64,000 nucleotides of DNA from Lysobacteraceae bacterium (GTDB lineage: Bacteria > Pseudomonadota > Gammaproteobacteria > Xanthomonadales > Xanthomonadaceae). A program made the position numbers and the translations under genes. Shown here one piece after another: positions 30,975 to 40,251 of this stretch; position 1 is the stretch's first letter; each line of letters begins with the position of its first letter. Where the stretch lies: assembly GCA_036496805.1 (NCBI GenBank), contig DASXKN010000029.1:345451-409450 (forward strand), written 5' to 3'. The notes under the pieces are model-generated. The model was not told where the DNA came from. It did not search any database and was given only the letters and a program-made list of their open reading frames with translations.

Positions 30975-33026
30975 TCACATCGCAGTCCCGGCTTTCTCCT
31001 CGGCCTTGCCTTTCGCGTCGTGGCGATCCTTGAGCATGTTGCCCAGCATCGCGCCGATCAGGCCGCCCATGCCTTCGCCGCCGCCGGCGACCACGTCGGG
31101 CACGATCTTGACGTTGCCCTTCGCGAACGCCTCCGACACCTGCACGAAGGCGTAGTTCGACGGATCCATCACCGCGACCTTCAGGCGGATGACTTCGGCT
31201 TCGGCGCTGCCGACAGCCTTGATCTTCGAGCCTTCTGCGTCGCCGATCAGGCGCAGCACGCCGGCATCGGCCTCGGCATTGATCGTCTTGGAGCGCGCCG
31301 CGCCTTCGGCGGTCTTCACCGCGGCGTTCGCTTCGTAGCCGGCGATCTGCACCTTCCGTTCCGCGTCCACCACGCGCGCCTGGGTATCGGCCAGCGCGGT
31401 CGCCTGCTGCAGTTCCTGGCGCACGCCCTGCGCCTGGCGCTGGGTCTCGTAGGTGACGCGTTCCTGCTCGGCGATCTTGCGGTCGGTGAGGGTGCGCATC
31501 AGCTCGTCGGGCGGCACGATGTCGCCGATCAGGGTGTCGACCGCGCCGACGTTGTACTCCTTGAGCGCCATCGAAATCGCTTCGCGCGCCTCGGCCTGTC
31601 GCGCCGTGCGGTTCTTCAGGAACTCGATGATGTCGCTGCCCTGGGCGGCGTTGCGGAAGTAGTTTCCGATCGTCGGTTCCAGCACCTGGGTGACGAGCGC
31701 GCTCATGTCGCCGAAGCGCGCGATCACCTTGGGCGCGTCGTTGCGCGGGATGTGGATGATCTGCGAGACATCGAGGTTGAACTTGAAGCCGTCGGCCGAG
31801 CGCACCGTGATCGTCGACAGGTTGGCGTCGAGGCGGTGCGCCTCGGTCTTCCCGGTCGCCCAGTTCAGCACCACGTTCGCGGTCGGCACGTTGACGACCT
31901 TGTGGGTGTACGGATTGATCGGGTACTTGCCCGGATCCAGCGGATCCACCCACACGCCTTTCTCGCCCTTGGTGACGAGGTTGCCGTGCTTGAAGGAATC
32001 GCCGGTGACGTCCTTGCCTTCCTTGCCGATGTAGGCAATCACGACGCCGACGTTGGCGATCGGCACCAGGGTCATGTCGACGATTTCCAGGCTCGCGAAC
32101 TGCGGGTTGAGGAAGTAGCGTCCGGCCATCAGCACCTGCTCCTGCAGGCCCTTGGTGCCGCCGGCGGCGATGAAGGCGTCGGGGTTCTGGAACAGGTTGT
32201 GGCCGACGATCTCGCCGCCGGCGATCTCGCCGTTCGGCAGCGGCGCGCCTTCCTTGGTGGTGACGATGCCGATCTTGTTGTCGGGCACTTCGGCCACGGC
32301 CTCCAGGCGTACGCCGAACAGCACCGGGTTGATGCGGTAGTTGCCCGGCGGGATCACCTTCGCCTGCGGGCCGCGTTCGCCGCCCTTCTCGTAGAACGCC
32401 TTCGCGTCCTGGTAGGAATCGCAGTCGATGCCGTGGGCGATGATGCGACCGACCGGCAGCGGCACGCCGTCGTGCGCCTCGACCACGCCGATCTTGCCTT
32501 GCGGGATCTCGGTGGTGTCGGCGAGGTTGACGTTGAACAGCAGCGGGTTGATGCGGAAGGTGCCCGGCGGGATCACCTTCATCTGCGGTCCCCGTTCGCC
32601 GGCGCCTTTCAGGAACGCGCGCGCGTCCTGGAAGTAGTCGCAGTCGACGTCCCTGGCGATGATGCGGCCGCGCGGCAGCGGCTTGCCGTCGGCGGCCTGC
32701 ACGACGCCGATCTTGCCCTGCGGGATCACCGTGAACTTGATCAGGTCGATCGTGTACTGCCACGGCCACAGGCCCATGTGCAGGCCCGGCGAAAGTGTTT
32801 CGGCCTGGTAGCCGGCCTCGCCCTCGAGCGCGACGATCTGGCCATCGGGCAGGTTGCGCTTGCTGCCGAAGATCACGAACTTCTTGGTGACCGCGCCGAT
32901 GCTGTCGTCCGGCACGATGATGATGCCGAACAGCCACAGGAAGGCTTTCCAGAAGAAGATCAGGATGATGACGGCGACGATGCCGCCGATCAGGTAGGGA
33001 TGGTTCAGGACTTCATCGATGCTCAC
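30975..33026 (-). CDS. flotillin-family SPFH protein (YqiK-like) with internal ~95-aa duplication, GTG start
   Basis: N-terminal TM helix. Duplicated IPQGKIGVV(Q/E)A.DG.PLP.GRIIA..(V/I)DCD(Y/S)(F/Y)QDA.AF segments. Long coiled-coil. GGAG RBS upstream of the GTG at 33024-33026. Confidence 0.85.
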   Translation of the reverse strand: MSIDEVLNHPYLIGGIVAVIILIFFWKAFLWLFGIIIVPDDSIGAVTKKFVIFGSKRNLPDGQIVALEGEAGYQAETLSPGLHMGLWPWQYTIDLIKFTVIPQGKIGVVQAADGKPLPRGRIIARDVDCDYFQDARAFLKGAGERGPQMKVIPPGTFRINPLLFNVNLADTTEIPQGKIGVVEAHDGVPLPVGRIIAHGIDCDSYQDAKAFYEKGGERGPQAKVIPPGNYRINPVLFGVRLEAVAEVPDNKIGIVTTKEGAPLPNGEIAGGEIVGHNLFQNPDAFIAAGGTKGLQEQVLMAGRYFLNPQFASLEIVDMTLVPIANVGVVIAYIGKEGKDVTGDSFKHGNLVTKGEKGVWVDPLDPGKYPINPYTHKVVNVPTANVVLNWATGKTEAHRLDANLSTITVRSADGFKFNLDVSQIIHIPRNDAPKVIARFGDMSALVTQVLEPTIGNYFRNAAQGSDIIEFLKNRTARQAEAREAISMALKEYNVGAVDTLIGDIVPPDELMRTLTDRKIAEQERVTYETQRQAQGVRQELQQATALADTQARVVDAERKVQIAGYEANAAVKTAEGAARSKTINAEADAGVLRLIGDAEGSKIKAVGSAEAEVIRLKVAVMDPSNYAFVQVSEAFAKGNVKIVPDVVAGGGEGMGGLIGAMLGNMLKDRHDAKGKAEEKAGTAM

Positions 33027-33501
33027 GGTGTAGCTCCAGTCATGGATCAGGGCACGGGTACGGCGCCGCTGCGCGCGGTGCCCTGCAGACGGGCGCGCAG
33101 CGAATGGTATGCGAAAGGGGAAGGCGCCTTGGCGCGTGCGGATCCGCCCGCCAGCCGTGCGGGCTTTCCATGAGCGGAGGGGTTCGATGCCTGTGCCGGG
33201 CAGGTGCCGCGACAGCCGATGAAGCCGCTGTCCCGGGGCAGGGCAGGAAGGGGCCGTCCGGCCTCCGCCTGTGTGGGTGTTGTACTTCCTTGCTTGAACC
33301 TCAAGGGTCGATGTGCGGACTCTTGGAATCCATCATATGCTTTTTCTTGCAATGCAACAGGGAGCGCCGACGAACGGCGAAGCTTGCCGATGTTGTCGCC
33401 GGCAAGGCAGGTTCCATGCCAACTCAAGCGTGACTGCGCCGTTCCGGTTGCCGGCGAAATTTTACCGAGACTTCAGGGTCTTGCTGCCTGTCGATGCATG
33501 G

Positions 33502-33966
33502 TCAGCGCCCGCGCTTGCGCGGTGACTTGGGCTTGCCGCCTGGCGGCTGCGGCGGATCGCCGTCGCCGGAATGCTTCGGCTGCTTGCCGTGATCGTCGCC
33601 GTGACCCTCGCCGTCATCGCTTCCCTCTCCCTCCGGATGCTTGGCCGGGTCGTAGCAGACGATGTAGGCCGTCCATTGCCCGGTCACATGCACGGTGAAT
33701 TCCTTGCCCTTGCCGGTGAAAACCGGCGTCGCGTGCCAGACCTGCGGCAGCACGAAGCGGAACCGGCTGCAAGGCGCGGCGCAGGTCTGCTTCTTCAGGA
33801 ACGCCTTGCCGGCATCGAGGGCTTCGGCCGTGGCGTCGTCGACCGCTTCCTGCACCGCCGTGTCCATCTTGCCGCCGAACTTCTTGAGCAGCTTGTAGAT
33901 CTTCGAGTTGAAATTGATCAGGCCGAATCCGACCACGTCGAAACATTCGCACTTGTGCGCGCCCAT
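33502..33966 (-). CDS. orphan hypothetical protein (5 Cys; acidic/basic disordered C-terminal tail) in low-GC islet
   Basis: ATG at 33964-33966. Local GC is clearly below background (33290-33970). AAA/AAG-rich codons. No family recognised. Confidence 0.45.
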   Translation of the reverse strand: MGAHKCECFDVVGFGLINFNSKIYKLLKKFGGKMDTAVQEAVDDATAEALDAGKAFLKKQTCAAPCSRFRFVLPQVWHATPVFTGKGKEFTVHVTGQWTAYIVCYDPAKHPEGEGSDDGEGHGDDHGKQPKHSGDGDPPQPPGGKPKSPRKRGR

Positions 33967-34170
33967 GTCTGTCCCCTGTCGTTGGCCATGCCGCGGATGG
34001 CGGTGCCGGCGTGCGCCGATCCTACTCCGTGTCGCGCCCGGCTTGGTGACAGCGGGCATGGTGACAGCGGGCGCGGTGGCGCGGCGCCCGCATTGACAGC
34101 GCGGGACAGCTCGGAAACGATGGCCGGCGATCCTTCGCAAACCGCACGACCACGCCACCACGGAGCGCGC

Positions 34171-35280
34171 ATGAAGCCTTCGACGACCGACCTGCTCGAC
34201 CAGTACGACCCGGCGCTTCCGCTGGAGGAAGCCTCGACGATTCCCGCTTCGTGGTACGTCGACCCGCGCGTGCTCGACCTCGAGAAGAAGACGACCTTCT
34301 CGCGCACCTGGCAGCTCGCCGCGCGCGCCGACCAGGTGCGCGAACCGGGCCGGTACGCCACCTGCGAGATCGCCGGCGAGCCGATCCTGGTCGTGCGCGG
34401 CGACGATGGCGTGCTGCGCGGTTTCTTCAACGTCTGCCGCCACCACGCCGCCGCCGTGATGACCGAACCGCAGGGCTGCGCGAAGAACCTGCGCTGCCCT
34501 TACCACGGCTGGACCTACACGCTCGAAGGCGCGCTCAAGGGCACGCCGAGCTTCCTCTCCGAATGCCACTTCGACCGTTCGGCGCACGGGCTGGCACCCG
34601 TTGCGATCCGCGAGTGGGAGAACTGGGTATTCGTGCGGCTCGATCGGGAAGGACCTTCCTTCGAGGAGGGTTTCGGATCACAGCTACTGAGTGACATCGC
34701 TTCCCTGGGACTCTCCCGCTTGGGTTGGCTCGAAAGGCGTCACTACTATTTCGACTGCAACTGGAAGGTCTTCGTCGACAACTACCTGGACGGCGGCTAC
34801 CACGTCCCGCATTTGCACAAGGGCCTGGACAGCGTGCTCGACTTCAAGAAGTACACGATCGAGAACGGCGCGCGGCATTGCCTGCAGTCCAGTCCGATCG
34901 TGAAGGACGGCGACCATGAGAAATTCTCTTCCGTGCGCGGCGGCGACCGCGCGTTGTACTACTGGGTGCATCCGAACTTCATGATCAACTGGTACGAAGG
35001 GGTCATGGATACGAACCTCGTACTGCCGCTGGGACTGGATCGCACCGAGGTGATCTTCGACTTCTGGTTCGCCGACGTCTCCGAAGCCGCGCGCGAGCGC
35101 AACAAGGCCAGCATCGAAGTCGGCCAGATAATCCAGGACGAGGACATGGCGATCTGCAAGTCCGTCCAGCGCGGCCTCAACTCGCGCGCCTACTCGACCG
35201 GCCGGCTGTCGGTGCGGCGCGAAGCGGGCGAGCATCTGTTCCATCGCCTGCTGCACGCCGACCTCTCGTCCGGCGCCTGA
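34171..35280 (+). CDS. Rieske [2Fe-2S] non-haem-iron oxygenase alpha subunit (aromatic-ring-hydroxylating/GbcA-NdmA-like)
   Basis: GGAG RBS 6 nt upstream of the ATG at 34171. Rieske motif CRHH...(17)...CPYHGW. Catalytic-domain motifs DNYLDGGYHVPHLH. Confidence 0.85.
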   Translation: MKPSTTDLLDQYDPALPLEEASTIPASWYVDPRVLDLEKKTTFSRTWQLAARADQVREPGRYATCEIAGEPILVVRGDDGVLRGFFNVCRHHAAAVMTEPQGCAKNLRCPYHGWTYTLEGALKGTPSFLSECHFDRSAHGLAPVAIREWENWVFVRLDREGPSFEEGFGSQLLSDIASLGLSRLGWLERRHYYFDCNWKVFVDNYLDGGYHVPHLHKGLDSVLDFKKYTIENGARHCLQSSPIVKDGDHEKFSSVRGGDRALYYWVHPNFMINWYEGVMDTNLVLPLGLDRTEVIFDFWFADVSEAARERNKASIEVGQIIQDEDMAICKSVQRGLNSRAYSTGRLSVRREAGEHLFHRLLHADLSSGA

Positions 35281-35284
35281 GCCG

Positions 35285-35992
35285 ATGCCGTCGTCGCACG
35301 CGTTCGCGCCGGGCGATACGCTGGTCGAGGCCATCGCTTCGCTGCGGGCATTCCACGGGCGGCCGCCATTGCTGCCGACGAGCGATCCTTTCGAACTGGT
35401 CCTGCTCGAGAACGTCGCCTACCTCGCCTCGGCTGCGCGCCGTCGCCAGGCTTTCGAGGTGCTCAGGCAGACCATCGGCACGACGCCGGAAGCGATCCTG
35501 GATGCGACACCGGAATCGCTGGAAGCGGTTGCCGCGCACGGGATCCTGAAGTCCCGCTTCGCGGACAAGTTGCGCCTATGCGCGCAGATCGCCATGGAGG
35601 TGTCGGGCGGCGACCTGGCCCAGGCGTTGCGGGGTCCGATCGAAAACGCGAGGCGCGTGCTGCGCAGGTTTCCCGGCATCGGCGTGCCGACCGCCGACAA
35701 GATCCTGTTGTTCTCCGGCCGGCTCGCGTGCCTGGCGCCGGAATCGAATGGCCTGCGTGTGCTGGCGCGACTGGGCTTCGTGGACGAGCGTCAGCCGTAC
35801 GCGCGCATGTACCGGACCAGCCTCGACCTGCAGCGCGCGTTGCCGGCGGAAGTCCCGGTCCTGCAGGAAGCGCACCTGCTGCTCCATCAGCACGGCCAGG
35901 TGCTCTGCAAGAATTCTTCGCCGCGTTGTGGCGAGTGCCCGTTGGCGGGCGGCTGCGCGCACGCGAGGCGGTCGTCGGCACGAGTGAGCTAG
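35285..35992 (+). CDS. EndoIII-like HhH-GPD family protein with [4Fe-4S] cluster loop
   Basis: ATG lies 4 nt after the Rieske stop. Exact Cx6Cx2Cx5C motif at the C-terminus (CKNSSPRCGECPLAGGC). HhH-GPD core. Confidence 0.7.
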   Translation: MPSSHAFAPGDTLVEAIASLRAFHGRPPLLPTSDPFELVLLENVAYLASAARRRQAFEVLRQTIGTTPEAILDATPESLEAVAAHGILKSRFADKLRLCAQIAMEVSGGDLAQALRGPIENARRVLRRFPGIGVPTADKILLFSGRLACLAPESNGLRVLARLGFVDERQPYARMYRTSLDLQRALPAEVPVLQEAHLLLHQHGQVLCKNSSPRCGECPLAGGCAHARRSSARVS

Positions 35993-36121
35993 GAATGCAG
36001 GAAACTGCGGGATGCTCATTGCAGTCCATCAGCTGAGCGAAAGCATGCAAGCCGCGCAGGCCCACTACGCGAACCGGAGCGATGGAAGTGACGAAATCGC
36101 ATCCGCCGCCGTGGCGTTCGT

Positions 36122-36322
36122 TCACTTGCTGTCGATCTCGATGTTTTCCTTGATGCCGCTGTGCGACACCGAAACCATGATGCCGATGCCGACGACAATG
36201 GCCAGCCCGATCAGGATCCAGGTCGAGCTGACGTTCGCCAGAAGGCCCAGCTTCCAGAGCGCGGCCACGATGCCGCCGAGCAGGACCACAAAACCGAGGA
36301 AATACATGCCAGCCCATTTCAT
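36122..36322 (-). CDS. small 2-TM membrane protein (66 aa)
   Basis: Perfect AGGAGG SD 4 nt upstream of the ATG. Two hydrophobic helices. Confidence 0.6.
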   Translation of the reverse strand: MKWAGMYFLGFVVLLGGIVAALWKLGLLANVSSTWILIGLAIVVGIGIMVSVSHSGIKENIEIDSK

Positions 36323-36502
36323 GTCCGACCTCCTGTCGTGAATGGGGTGTCGCTCCGATGACAGGAGCCTAATACCGGCAAGATGAATGCGGACCTCGTG
36401 CGGGGCTGTCGTGAGAACCTTTGTTCAGGGTGAGGATGGAAGCGAAACCGCCATCGCTACGAACGGATTTCGTCCGCGGAGCGGAAGCTCCGCATGCCGC
36501 CA

Positions 36503-37039
36503 TCAGAAGGGAATCGGGCCGGCAACGACCGGGCAGACGTGTGCCCAGCGTGTCCAGGGCGGCCCGAAGGGGCTGCCGAACACCTTCCACGCACTTCCTT
36601 CCTGTCGCAGGAGGACCTTGGCCACCAGGCGGATGTCACGCGCATCGCCCGTCATGCGCGCGCATCCGAAGACCGCGTAATCCGAACTGCCATTCGGGTT
36701 GACGTCTTCGGCTGCGGCCGTGATGAACAACGTCGAAGGTATGTTCTGCCGCGACATGTCGAACATCCCGCGTTCTTGCGCGGTCGTGAAAGGCTTCAGA
36801 TGGGGTTGCGGTGCGGGCGTGGGCTGCATCGCGAGCCATGCGTTGAAGTCGCCGGACTGCAACGCGTGCTGCCAGCGCAGGACGGCTGCGTGCATCGGCT
36901 TGTGGGGATCCAGTGTCTGGAGGACCGGAACGGGCGGGTTCGCCGGTGTGCCTGCGGCCATCGCGACCGATGCTGGCAGCAGGATGAAAAGAGTAAGTCG
37001 CCACAGCCCTCGCGGACGTGCCGCTCGATTCGTTTTCAT
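36503..37039 (-). CDS. secreted hypothetical protein (last gene of oxidoreductase operon)
   Basis: Signal peptide MKTNRAARPRGLWRLTLFILLPASVAMA. ATGA overlap with the upstream CrtI-like gene. Confidence 0.55.
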   Translation of the reverse strand: MKTNRAARPRGLWRLTLFILLPASVAMAAGTPANPPVPVLQTLDPHKPMHAAVLRWQHALQSGDFNAWLAMQPTPAPQPHLKPFTTAQERGMFDMSRQNIPSTLFITAAAEDVNPNGSSDYAVFGCARMTGDARDIRLVAKVLLRQEGSAWKVFGSPFGPPWTRWAHVCPVVAGPIPF

Positions 37040-38565
37040 TTTCCTGCTCCCAGCACCGCCTTCGCCGCGTTGCGCCCGCTCGCGCCGCTGATGCCGCCGC
37101 CACCGTGCACGCCGCTGCCGCACAGCCACAGGTTGTCGATCGGCGTGCGATGGTTGGACCAGCCCGGGATCGGGCGCATGAAGAAGAACTGGTCGAGGAT
37201 CAGCTGGCCGTGGTTGAGGTCGCCTTCGGTGAGGCCCCAGGTGGTTTCGAGGTCGGTCGGCAGGATCGATTCGATCTGGCGGATCGACTTCTTCAACGCG
37301 GGGAAGTGCCCGGACAGGGTGTCGACGGCGAGCTGCTCGACATGGCCGCGCTGGTCTTCCCACTTCGCGTTGCGCAGCGCGTACGGCGCGGACTGGAAGT
37401 GGACCGAGACGACGTTGCCGCTCGACGTGACTTCCACGTAGGGCGCTTGCGCGATCTCGCCGTACTTCGAAGCGTCGAAGGCGCGTTCGAGGTACTTCAG
37501 CGTCGGCGCGTGCGCGAGCGTGCCGGCGGGGATGCCATGGCTGCCGTCGGTGAGCAGATGCACCTTGGCGACGCTGCCGCGCATGCGGATCGATTGCGTG
37601 GCCCAGACGAATTCGGGCGGCAGCTCGACCGCGCCGACCAGGCCGAGGAAGGTGTGGCGCGGATCGGCAGCCGACAGCACGAGCTTCGCCGCGATTTCCT
37701 CGCCGCTGACCAGGCGCACGCCGGTCGCCTGCTGTTTCACCACGATGACTTTCTGCACGTCAGCGCCGGCGCGCACCTCGCCGCCGCGCGACTTCAGCGC
37801 CGCCACCAGCGCATCGGCGATGCGTGCGCTGCCGCCGGCGACCGCCGGATGCGCGAGGCCGCCGCGGTTGAGCCAGTTGTGCATCAGCGTGTAACCGGTG
37901 CCAGCCGACATCGAACCGAGGGTGAAGCCGTGGATGCCGACCGCCGCGATCGCGGCGCGCAACGGTTCGGACTCGAACCATTCCTCGGTCAGCTCGACCA
38001 TCGACATCGACATCGAGCGGATCAGCTTGAACATGTCATTGCCGCCGAGCCGGCGCAGCTTCCAGCCGAGCTGGGCGAGCGGCAGGCCTTCCTTGCGCAG
38101 GTCGACGTTCGGCAGGCGCGGCATCGGCGTGCGGTAGGCGGCGTCGATGAAGGCTGCGGCCTTGTCCATGAAGGCGACGAAGGCGGGCCACGTTTCCGCG
38201 TCCTTCGCCGACAACTCGCGGATCGATGCCAGCGTGGCCGCATCCTTGCCATCGGCGACCAGGTGCAGGCGCTTGCCGCCGGGCAGCAGCGCAACGTAGG
38301 GCGATTTCGCGCCGGATTGCTTGTCGAGGCCGAACTTCGCAAGGCCGAGGTCGGCGACGATGTCGGGCCGCAGCATGCCGCCCGCGTGCAGCGCATCGAC
38401 GGCGAAGCCTTCGCCGAAGGTCTCGCGCGCGAGCTGTCCGCCTGCGACGGCGCGGCGTTCGAGGACGAGCACTTTCTTCCCCGCCTTCGCGAGATAGTTC
38501 GCCGCGACCAGGCCGTTGTGGCCGGAGCCGATGATGAGGGCGTCATAAGTCATGGTCGCGCTCAT
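37036..38565 (-). CDS. FAD-dependent oxidoreductase, phytoene-desaturase (CrtI)/amine-oxidase family
   Basis: N-terminal dinucleotide-binding motif DALIIGSGHNGLVAANYLAKAGKKVLVLE. CrtI-like length and C-terminus. Confidence 0.8.
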   Translation of the reverse strand: MSATMTYDALIIGSGHNGLVAANYLAKAGKKVLVLERRAVAGGQLARETFGEGFAVDALHAGGMLRPDIVADLGLAKFGLDKQSGAKSPYVALLPGGKRLHLVADGKDAATLASIRELSAKDAETWPAFVAFMDKAAAFIDAAYRTPMPRLPNVDLRKEGLPLAQLGWKLRRLGGNDMFKLIRSMSMSMVELTEEWFESEPLRAAIAAVGIHGFTLGSMSAGTGYTLMHNWLNRGGLAHPAVAGGSARIADALVAALKSRGGEVRAGADVQKVIVVKQQATGVRLVSGEEIAAKLVLSAADPRHTFLGLVGAVELPPEFVWATQSIRMRGSVAKVHLLTDGSHGIPAGTLAHAPTLKYLERAFDASKYGEIAQAPYVEVTSSGNVVSVHFQSAPYALRNAKWEDQRGHVEQLAVDTLSGHFPALKKSIRQIESILPTDLETTWGLTEGDLNHGQLILDQFFFMRPIPGWSNHRTPIDNLWLCGSGVHGGGGISGASGRNAAKAVLGAGK

Positions 38566-40145
38566 TTCCAGTCCTTCAGCACTTCATGCGCCGCGAGCCT
38601 GCCGGCCGCGCCCATCACGCCGCCGCCCGGATGCGCGCCGGCCGCGCCGAAATAGTAGCCCGGCAACGGTGTGCGGAAGTCGGCCCATTGCGGCGCCGGC
38701 CGCAGGAAGAACAACTGGTGCAGCAGCAGTTCGCCGTGGAAGATGTTGCCGCCGGTGATGCCCGCGATGCGCTCGATGTCCTTCGGCGTGATGACCTGCT
38801 TGCCGACGATGCACTGGCGGATGTTCGGCGCGTATTTCTCGATCGTCGAGATCACCGTCTCGCCGAAGGCCTCGGTTTTCGCGGCGTCCCAACCGCCTTC
38901 GATGTCGTAGGGCGCGTACTGCACGAAACAGGACATCACGTGGTGCCCCGGCGGCGCCATGTCGCGGTCGATCATCGAAGGGATGATCATGTCGATGTAC
39001 GGGTTCTTCGAATACTGCCCGTACTTGGCTTCGTCGTAGGCGCGTTCGATGTAGTCCATGCTCGGGCTGATCGAGATCGCGCCGCGGTGCAGCGGGCCTT
39101 CGCCGGGCAGGCAGGTGAAGTCGGGCAGGGCATTGAGCGCGATGTTGACCTTGCCCGAGGAACCGCGCACGCGGAAGTTGCGGATCGCGGTGACGAACTC
39201 GTCGGGGAAGTGCCTGGGTTCCACGAACTGCAGGAAGCTGCGCTTCGGGTCGGCGCAGGCCATCACCACTTTCGCGCGCAGCTCGTCGCCATTCTCCAGC
39301 GCCACGCCGGCGGCGCGGCCGCCCTTGACGATGACCTGCTTGACAGGCGCGGAGGTGCGGATCTCCACGCCCAGCGCCGCCGCCGAACGCGCGATCGCCG
39401 CGCTGACGCCGCCGGTGCCGTTCTTCGCGAATCCCCACGCGCGGAAGGCGCCGTCGATCTCGCCCATGTAATGGTGCAGTAGCACGTAGGCGGTGCCGGG
39501 CGAGCGCGGCCCGAGGAAGGTGCCGATGATGCCGCTCGCGGATTTCGTGCCTTTCAGCGGATCGAACTCGAACCACTCGTCGAGCAGGTCGGCCGAGGAT
39601 TGCGTCACCAGCTTGGCGATGCGGTAGAGGTCTTTTTCGGACAGGCTTTTCGCGTACTGGCCGAGCTTGAGCAGGCCGATCAGGTCGCGCGGACTCATCG
39701 AGGACGGATCGGGAGGCACCAGGCCGATGACCGGCTTGATTGCCTTCGCCGCGCGCGCCATCACCCGGCCGTATTCGTCGGAAGCCTCGGCGTCCTTCGG
39801 CGAATGGCGATACAACTCCTGGCGCGTGAGGTCGTGGTCGTCCCAGGCGGCGAGGTAGTCGCCGTTGTCCATCGGCGTGACCGTGCTCGGCAGCGGCAGG
39901 ATCTTCAGCCCGTGTCGCGGCAGCTCGAGGTCGCGGATGATCTCCGGGCGCAGCAGGCTCACGACGTAGGAGAACTCGGTGAAGCGGTAGCCGGGGAAGA
40001 TTTCCTCGGTCATCGCCGCGCCGCCGACGATCTCGCGGCGTTCGAGGATGCACACCTTCTTGCCCGCGCGCGAAAGGTACGCCGCGGCGATCAGGCCGTT
40101 GTGGCCTGCGCCGATGACGATGGCGTCGTACTGGTTGGTGCTCAT
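38562..40145 (-). CDS. FAD-dependent oxidoreductase, CrtI/amine-oxidase family (tandem paralogue)
   Basis: Motif DAIVIGAGHNGLIAAAYLSRAGKKVCILE. ATGA overlap with the downstream paralogue. Confidence 0.8.
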   Translation of the reverse strand: MSTNQYDAIVIGAGHNGLIAAAYLSRAGKKVCILERREIVGGAAMTEEIFPGYRFTEFSYVVSLLRPEIIRDLELPRHGLKILPLPSTVTPMDNGDYLAAWDDHDLTRQELYRHSPKDAEASDEYGRVMARAAKAIKPVIGLVPPDPSSMSPRDLIGLLKLGQYAKSLSEKDLYRIAKLVTQSSADLLDEWFEFDPLKGTKSASGIIGTFLGPRSPGTAYVLLHHYMGEIDGAFRAWGFAKNGTGGVSAAIARSAAALGVEIRTSAPVKQVIVKGGRAAGVALENGDELRAKVVMACADPKRSFLQFVEPRHFPDEFVTAIRNFRVRGSSGKVNIALNALPDFTCLPGEGPLHRGAISISPSMDYIERAYDEAKYGQYSKNPYIDMIIPSMIDRDMAPPGHHVMSCFVQYAPYDIEGGWDAAKTEAFGETVISTIEKYAPNIRQCIVGKQVITPKDIERIAGITGGNIFHGELLLHQLFFLRPAPQWADFRTPLPGYYFGAAGAHPGGGVMGAAGRLAAHEVLKDWK

Positions 40146-40251
40146 GCCGCTGGTTTCCTAGTGCGCTGCCAGTATTGCTTGCTGTCGTAGCCCGGATGTA
40201 ATCCGGGTCGCCATGCCGATCCCGGATTGGCATCCGGGCTACGGTCGGAAA

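Noticed and set aside
33104-33698. ORFs 33104..33433 and 33204..33698 in the low-GC spacer
   Set aside because: No RBS, overlapping each other, and compositionally unlike local genes. The region is treated as non-coding or regulatory.
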